A stretch of DNA of 64,000 nt from an uncultured Thermoleophilia bacterium. GTDB lineage: Bacteria; Actinomycetota; Thermoleophilia; UBA2241. The notes beneath the pieces are model-generated. The model was not told the DNA's origin and made no database searches. It saw only the letters and a list, made by a program, of their open reading frames with translations. Both the position numbers and the translations under genes were made by a program. Where the stretch lies: positions 32,001 through 96,000 of the forward strand of contig CAVPCT010000004.1 in the NCBI GenBank assembly GCA_963702475.1, given 5' to 3'. Shown in pieces: positions 58,266-64,000 of the stretch (position 1 is the stretch's first letter; each line of letters starts with the position of its first letter).

Positions 58266-59564
58266 TCACCGCGTCGTGGCGCGGCCGCGCTCCGCGACCA
58301 GCCGGCCGCGCTTGTAGACCTGCTCGACCACGCTGCTTCCAAGCCGGTACACAGCGTGTTCGTACTGCGGCACGTCCCAGACCTGCACGTCGGCGAGCCT
58401 GCCGGGCGCGAGCACGCCGCGGTCGTCGAGCGCCAAGGCGGCCGCGCCTCCGGCGGTCGCTGCCCACAGCGCTTCACCCGGGCTCATGCGGTACAGCCGG
58501 CAGGCCAAGGCCATCACGAACTGCTGAGACTCGGCCCAGCAGCCGGGGCACAGGTCGGTCGCCAGCGCCAGCGTCATGCCCGCGTCGATGAGAGCCCGGG
58601 CGTCGAACGGCCGCGGGTGGTGCACGGCGAAGTCCAGGGCCGGCATGATCACGCCGATCACGCCGACCTCGGCCATCTTGCGCATGACCTCCGGCGGGGT
58701 GAAGTTGAGGTGATCGGCCGAGACCATCTTCATCTCGGCTGCGAGATCGGTGCCGCCGATGTACGAGTAGGCGTCGGCGTGGATCTTGAGCTTCATGCCG
58801 TGGGCGCGGCCTGCTTCGAGCACGCGCCGCGACTGCTCCTTGTCGTAGTAGCCGTCGTCGGTCCACACGTCGCAGAAGGTCGCGAGGCCTTCGTCCGCGA
58901 CCAGCGGCGTCATCTCCTCGCAGACGATGTCGATGTAGCGCTCGCGCGACACCTCCGGGGCGAAGCCGTGAGCGCCGAGGAACGTCGAGAGCACGTCGAC
59001 GGGCGACTGCTCGTCGAGCGCCTTGTTCACGCGGAGCATGTCGAGCTCGGTGTGCGTGGCGAGGCCGTAGCCGCTCTTGCTCTCCACAGTGGTCGTACCG
59101 GCGGCGAGCATGCCGGTCAGACGCGCCGCCGACTCGCCCAGGAGCTGCTCGAAGGTCGCCGCGCGCGTGCGCTGCACCGTTTCCATCGGGCCGACGCCGA
59201 GGCCGCGGGCGCGAAGCCGCTCGCGGACCTTCTCGACGTCGGGCTCGGTCATCTTCGCCGCGTACTCGTCCACACGCGAGCCGGCGAAGACGAGGTGCGT
59301 GTGGCAATCGACGTAGCCGGGCGCCACGACCTTGCCGGCGCAGTCGACCACGTCGGCGGCGGAGCAGTCGCAGGCCGCCTCGACGGTCGCGCGGCCGCCG
59401 GCCGCCAGGATGGTCTCGCCGGCGACCGCGAGCCAGCCGCCGGCGACGACGTCGACGTCGTACACGTCGCCGGCACAGCGCACGAGCTGCGCCGCGTCCT
59501 TGAAGACGAGGCCGGCCTGCGGGCGGGGGGAAGCGCCCGCGGGCCGGCTGTGGTCAGCATCCAT
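58266..59564 (-). CDS. hutI: Imidazolonepropionase, divergent
   Basis: DCHTHLVFAG, ESKSGYGL, FLGAH, SADHL and ATD motifs. Confidence 0.88.
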   Translation of the reverse strand: MDADHSRPAGASPRPQAGLVFKDAAQLVRCAGDVYDVDVVAGGWLAVAGETILAAGGRATVEAACDCSAADVVDCAGKVVAPGYVDCHTHLVFAGSRVDEYAAKMTEPDVEKVRERLRARGLGVGPMETVQRTRAATFEQLLGESAARLTGMLAAGTTTVESKSGYGLATHTELDMLRVNKALDEQSPVDVLSTFLGAHGFAPEVSRERYIDIVCEEMTPLVADEGLATFCDVWTDDGYYDKEQSRRVLEAGRAHGMKLKIHADAYSYIGGTDLAAEMKMVSADHLNFTPPEVMRKMAEVGVIGVIMPALDFAVHHPRPFDARALIDAGMTLALATDLCPGCWAESQQFVMALACRLYRMSPGEALWAATAGGAAALALDDRGVLAPGRLADVQVWDVPQYEHAVYRLGSSVVEQVYKRGRLVAERGRATTR

Positions 59565-59629
59565 TGTCATCCTCAACGTTGACGTCCGCTAGGGACGGCG
59601 ACGGCCCGGGCCGCGCTCAACTACGTCGT

Positions 59630-61347
59630 TCATTCCTTCAGGTCCCGCGGCCCGAAGGTCGCTTTGGGCGTCCACCACAGCGGCACCTTGATGCCTTCGT
59701 CGGTCAGCGGGCCCTGGCCGTTGGCCACGTCCCTGGCCGCCTGGTAGCCGGCCTGCGCATGGCGGATGACGCCGATGCCGGAGTCCACCGTGAGCGACAC
59801 CGACAGACGCAGGTCGGCCTCGTCGGTGCCGTCCGCGATCATCGTGACGCCGGTATGGACGGCCTCGCCCATCGAGTAGTTGGCCTGGCCGGCGATGAGG
59901 TCGGCCATGCCGCAGGAGTTCAGCAGGCCGTTCAGCACCGGCCAGTCGCTGATGAGGTCGCCGCCGTCGGCCATGTTCTCGGACTCGAACGTCGGGTTCA
60001 CAATGCTGCCGGAGTCGAGATTGTCGCGCGAGAACGCGACCGGGCCCTTCACCTCGCCCTTGCGGATGAGGTCGTTCACGGCCAGACCGAACTTCTTGCG
60101 CTGGCCGAAGCCCAGATAGCAGATGCGCGCCGGCAGGGCCTCGATGGGGATGTGCTCGCGCGCCAGCGTGATCCAGCGCGTCACCAGCAGGTCGTCGGCG
60201 AACAGCTCGAGGCACAGGTCGTCGAGCCGTGCCAGGTCGCTCGCCTCGCCGCTCACGCAGGTCCAGCGGAACGGGCCACGGCCTTCGCAGAAGAGCGGCC
60301 GGATGTACTCGCTCACGAAGCCGGGGATCGTCATGGCCTCGGCCTCGGGCATGCCGGCGTCGCGGCACTCCTTGCGGATGCTGGTGCCGTACTCGAACGT
60401 CGGCACCCCGGCCGCGAAAAACCTGTTCATCACGCGAAGCTGGGCCGTCATCGTCTCCCGCGCGCGCCGCAGGTACTCCTCGCGGTGCTCCACGCGCAGC
60501 ACGTCGGCCTCCTGTGGCGTCAGGCCGGCCGGGATGTACGAGATGGGGTCGTGGCAGGGGCACATCTCGGTGACGATGTCCGGGCCGGAAGCCCTTGTCG
60601 TAGGCCTCGGAGAACAGCTCCGCTGCGTTGCCGACCACGGCGATGCCGAGCGGCTTGCTTTTCGGCGGCGGTCTTCCTCGCCAGTTCGATGGCCTCGTCC
60701 AGCGAGCCGACCTTGCAGTCGATGAATCTCTTCTCGATGCGACGGTCGATCACGCGCTCGTCTGCGTCCACCACGATGCCCACGCCGCCGTGCATCGTCA
60801 TGGCGCGCGTCTGGTTGCCGCCCATGCCGCCGGCGCCGGCCGTCAGCAGGATGCGCCCCACGAGCGAGTCGTCGTAGCACTTGCGAGCGATGGCGGAGAA
60901 CGTCTCGAACGTCCCCTGGATCACGCCCTGCGTGCCGATGTACTCCCACGGCCCGGCGGTGTATTGCGCGAACATCGTGAGGTTCTTGTCCTGCAGGTCG
61001 TAGAAGATCGGCCACGTCGCCTTCATGATGTTGGTGTTGGCCATCACCACGCGCGGGGCGAGCCTGTGCGTCTCGAAGACGGCCACCGGCATGCCCGACT
61101 GCACCACCAGGGTCTCGTCGTCCTCGAGCTCCTTGAGCGCGTTGACGATGGCCCAGTACGACTCCCAGTTGCGCGCGCACTTGCCGATACCGCCGTAGAT
61201 GACGAGCTCCTCCGGCTTCTCGGCGTTCTCCATGTTGTTCTCGAGCATGCGCAGGATGGTCTCCTGCTTCCAGCCCTTGCAGCGGAGCGTCGGACCGCGC
61301 TGGGCCTTCACGGAGTAGAGGATCTCGGGCTTGGAGGAGTCGGCCAT
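59630..61347 (-). CDS. hutU: Urocanate hydratase family protein, divergent; two apparent frameshifts near 60660 and 60590
   Basis: ELVIYGG, QSG.PV, GAGGMGG, GRGPFRW and LPARIC motifs spread over three frames. Confidence 0.85.
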
Positions 61348-61481
61348 GTGGGAGCCCCTTTCGTGGATGCGGCCTGGCGAGGGTCCGGGAACGAACGCGT
61401 CCGTGGCGCGGACGCGCGGGTGACGAAGCACGCACAAGACTGACGGGGGTCGAGTCACGGTTCAACGCGGCCGGGCCGTTC

Positions 61482-61495
61482 TCCCAAATGTGGGA
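61482..61495. promoter_or_regulatory. Probable IclR-type operator between hutU and the regulator
   Basis: TCCCA-AATG-TGGGA palindrome in the divergent intergenic region. Confidence 0.5.
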
Positions 61496-61647
61496 CCGGT
61501 TTTTGCGTCCGGCAGGGCGGACACGGGCCTCGCACAGCGCCGATGGGTCGCTTACAGTCCAGTATGATGGTCGCGGCGCCGGCGCGCGCAGCGCCGGACC
61601 CCGCGCAAAGCAAGGCGCGCCAATCGCGGTCAACCGACGAGGTGACG

Positions 61648-62529
61648 ATGCTCACGCACGACGACAGCGACGAGACGACCACGCCCGGTGGCGTGCCCGC
61701 GCGCTCGGCCGACCGCGCCTTCGACATCCTCGAGTACCTCAGCCGGCGCACGCAACCCGCCTCGTCCGGGACCATAGGCCTCGAGTGCGGCATCCCCAAG
61801 TCGAGCCTGCACAACCTCCTCAAGCTGATGAAGAAGCGGCGGCTCGTGACGCACCACCCGTACGACAAGACGTGGAGCCTGGGGCCGAGGGTATCGGAGC
61901 TCACCCCGGAGGCTCCTCTGCTCGTGCACGCGCTCGCCGTGCTGCGATCGTTCTCGGGCAGCGCCGGCGCGCTCACCGTCCGCGACATCTCCCAGCGCTC
62001 GGACCTGCCCCAGAACGTGGTGCAGCGCATCGTCCCCGTCATGCAGGAGGCCGATCTGCTGTGGGTCCAGCCCGACGGCAGCTACCGTCTCGGGCTGGAG
62101 CTCTTCAGCCTGGCGGCGCAGGTCGCCTGGGTGGACCGCCTGCGCGTGCTGTCGCGCCCCGTGCTCACGCAGTTGCGCGACTCCACCCGCGAGACCGCGA
62201 ACCTGGCCGTGATGGACGGCGACCAGGCCATCTACGTGGAGCAGGTCGAGAGCCGCCAGGCCCTGCGGTACGGCGGCTGGCTGGGGCGCCGCATCCCCAT
62301 CGAGGGCACCGCACTGGGCGCCGCCCTGCGCGACCCCGGCCGGGTCCACACCAAGGACGGCGCGGTCGAGGAGGGCGTCATGGCCATCGCCTGCGGCATC
62401 GAGGGCACCTTTCCGCCCGCCGCCGTGAGCCTGCTCGCCCCCAGCTGGCGCATCGAGCGCTGGGGCCTCGACTCCGCCGGCCGCCTCGTGGCCGCTTCGG
62501 CCCGGCAGCTCGCCGAGCTGCTGACCTGA
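61648..62529 (+). CDS. IclR family regulator with two tandem HTH domains
   Basis: SADRAFDIL...PKSSLHNLL...WSLG, then ALAVL...LTVRDIS...YRLG, then an ETANL/TALG effector domain. Confidence 0.85.
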   Translation: MLTHDDSDETTTPGGVPARSADRAFDILEYLSRRTQPASSGTIGLECGIPKSSLHNLLKLMKKRRLVTHHPYDKTWSLGPRVSELTPEAPLLVHALAVLRSFSGSAGALTVRDISQRSDLPQNVVQRIVPVMQEADLLWVQPDGSYRLGLELFSLAAQVAWVDRLRVLSRPVLTQLRDSTRETANLAVMDGDQAIYVEQVESRQALRYGGWLGRRIPIEGTALGAALRDPGRVHTKDGAVEEGVMAIACGIEGTFPPAAVSLLAPSWRIERWGLDSAGRLVAASARQLAELLT

Positions 62530-62592
62530 CGCCGGCGCCGGGCGTGAGCCGAGGGCCACGGACGAAGCAAGCCTTGCACGGCGGACCGCTCG

Positions 62593-63962
62593 CTAGGACG
62601 TGACGCGGACGGCGAGCCGCTCGAAGAACGCGGCCTGGAGCCGCAGGTCCTCGACGGCAATGCGCTCGTCCACCCCGTGCAGGCGCGGCGCCACATCACG
62701 GAAGTCCTCGCGCACGAACGGGCAGACGCCGTAGGCGACCGCGCCGGGCCACGCGGCGCGCACGTGCGCGGAGTCGGTGAACCAGGAGCCGAGCTCGGCG
62801 ACCATGCGCGCGCCCGGAACGACCTCGCCCAGCGCCGCGACGATGGCGTCGTACAGCTCACCGGCGGGCTCGGAGCGGTTGCCGGACGTGACCTCGCAAG
62901 AAAGCACCGACCAGTCGGCCGCGACGCCGTCGAGCGCGCGGCCGAGCTCGCGGCGGACGTCGTCCTCCGTCTGCCCCGGCAACACGCGGCAGTCCACGTG
63001 GATCTCGGCCGCCGGCGGGATCACGTTGACGGCGTCGCCCTCGGTGCGCACCACCGTCACGACGAAGGTCAGGCCGAGCAATGGCTCGATGATGGCGGCA
63101 AGCCGCTCGTCGGTGAGCGCCAGCTCGCGCACGGCGCGCTGCGCCGTGGCCGGATCCTTGAGACGCTCGCGAAGGCCCTCGTCCTGCACGGTCAGGTCGA
63201 TGAGCGCCGCGGGGATCGACTCCTCCCGCACCTCGGGCTCGTAGGCGTCGAGGGCGGTGAGGACCTCGGCGAGGCCGCTCACCGCGTTGCCCCGGCGCTG
63301 CGGCATGGAACCGTGCGCGGCGCGGCCGGACACGCGCACCCTGGTGTTCGCGTACCCCTTCTCACCGGCGTGGAGGACGTACAGGGGTCCGCCGGGGGCC
63401 TGGGGCATGCTCCAGCCGCCCTCGTTGACGGCGAAGTCGGCGCGAAGCAGGCTGGGGTGGCTGTCGGAGCAGCCAGCGGGCGCCACAACGCAGCGCCGGT
63501 CTCCTCGTCGGCGGTGGCCGCGAAGACGAGGTCGCCGCGCGGCGGCCGCGCGGCGGCGGCGCGAAGCGCCACGCGCGCGAAGGCGACCGCCTGCGCCGCC
63601 AGCTGGTGCTTCATGTCCAGGGCGCCGCGACCCCACACGTAGCCGTCACGGACGCGGCCGGCGAACGGCGCCTCCTGCCAGCCCTCAGGCGCCGCCGGGA
63701 CGACGTCCAGATGCCCGAGCAGGAGCAGAGAGCGCCCGCCCCCGCTGCCGTGCAGGCGGGCGACCAGGTTGCCGACCTCGGGCGCCTCGCCGACGACCTG
63801 TGCCTCGACGCCGTTGGCGGCGAAGAAGTCCGTGAGCACGGCGAGCGCCGGGCGCACGTCGCCCGGCGGGTTGCTCGTGTCGGCGCGGATCAGGCGCGCA
63901 AGCAGGCCGACGACAGCGTCGGGGTCGTCGGCCCGCAGAGGAAACCCGGTCGTCGCGTCCAC
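62593..63962 (-). CDS. M20/M25/M40 family metallopeptidase/deacylase; apparent frameshift near 63480
   Basis: LLLGHLDVV, GRGALDMK and ADEE, then NEGG, AHGSMP, TD and HGVDER. Confidence 0.85.
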
Positions 63963-64000
63963 GGCGTCTCCGTCGCTCAGCCGGCGCGCACCAGCTCCTG

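Overview
High-GC bacterial window, probably an actinomycete (inferred from gene style and DasR-like operators). Many single-base frameshifts suggest a long-read assembly. The window is a large catabolic island for methylated amines and amino acids. It has six MttB-superfamily corrinoid methyltransferases. Three of them (5631-7130 +, 19579-21048 -, 29504-30994 -) are split in the ORF track by an in-frame TAG at codon 327, the pyrrolysine position, so they are almost certainly Pyl proteins. The other three have Leu, Leu or Trp at that site. The island also has a pyrrolysine-free MtmB homolog, a corrinoid protein, a hidden amber-containing corrinoid remnant and a fold-III PLP decarboxylase. An aminotransferase / methylmalonate-semialdehyde dehydrogenase / PCC / methylmalonyl-CoA mutase route, a peptide-type ABC transporter and a molybdenum hydroxylase operon are present. 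A histidine-utilisation cassette has substituted specificity residues in HutH, HutU and HutI. Two TetR paralogs and a recurring CACCA-N6-TGGTG operator link the methyltransferase operons. No pyl genes, tRNA, rRNA, CRISPR array or transposase were seen.
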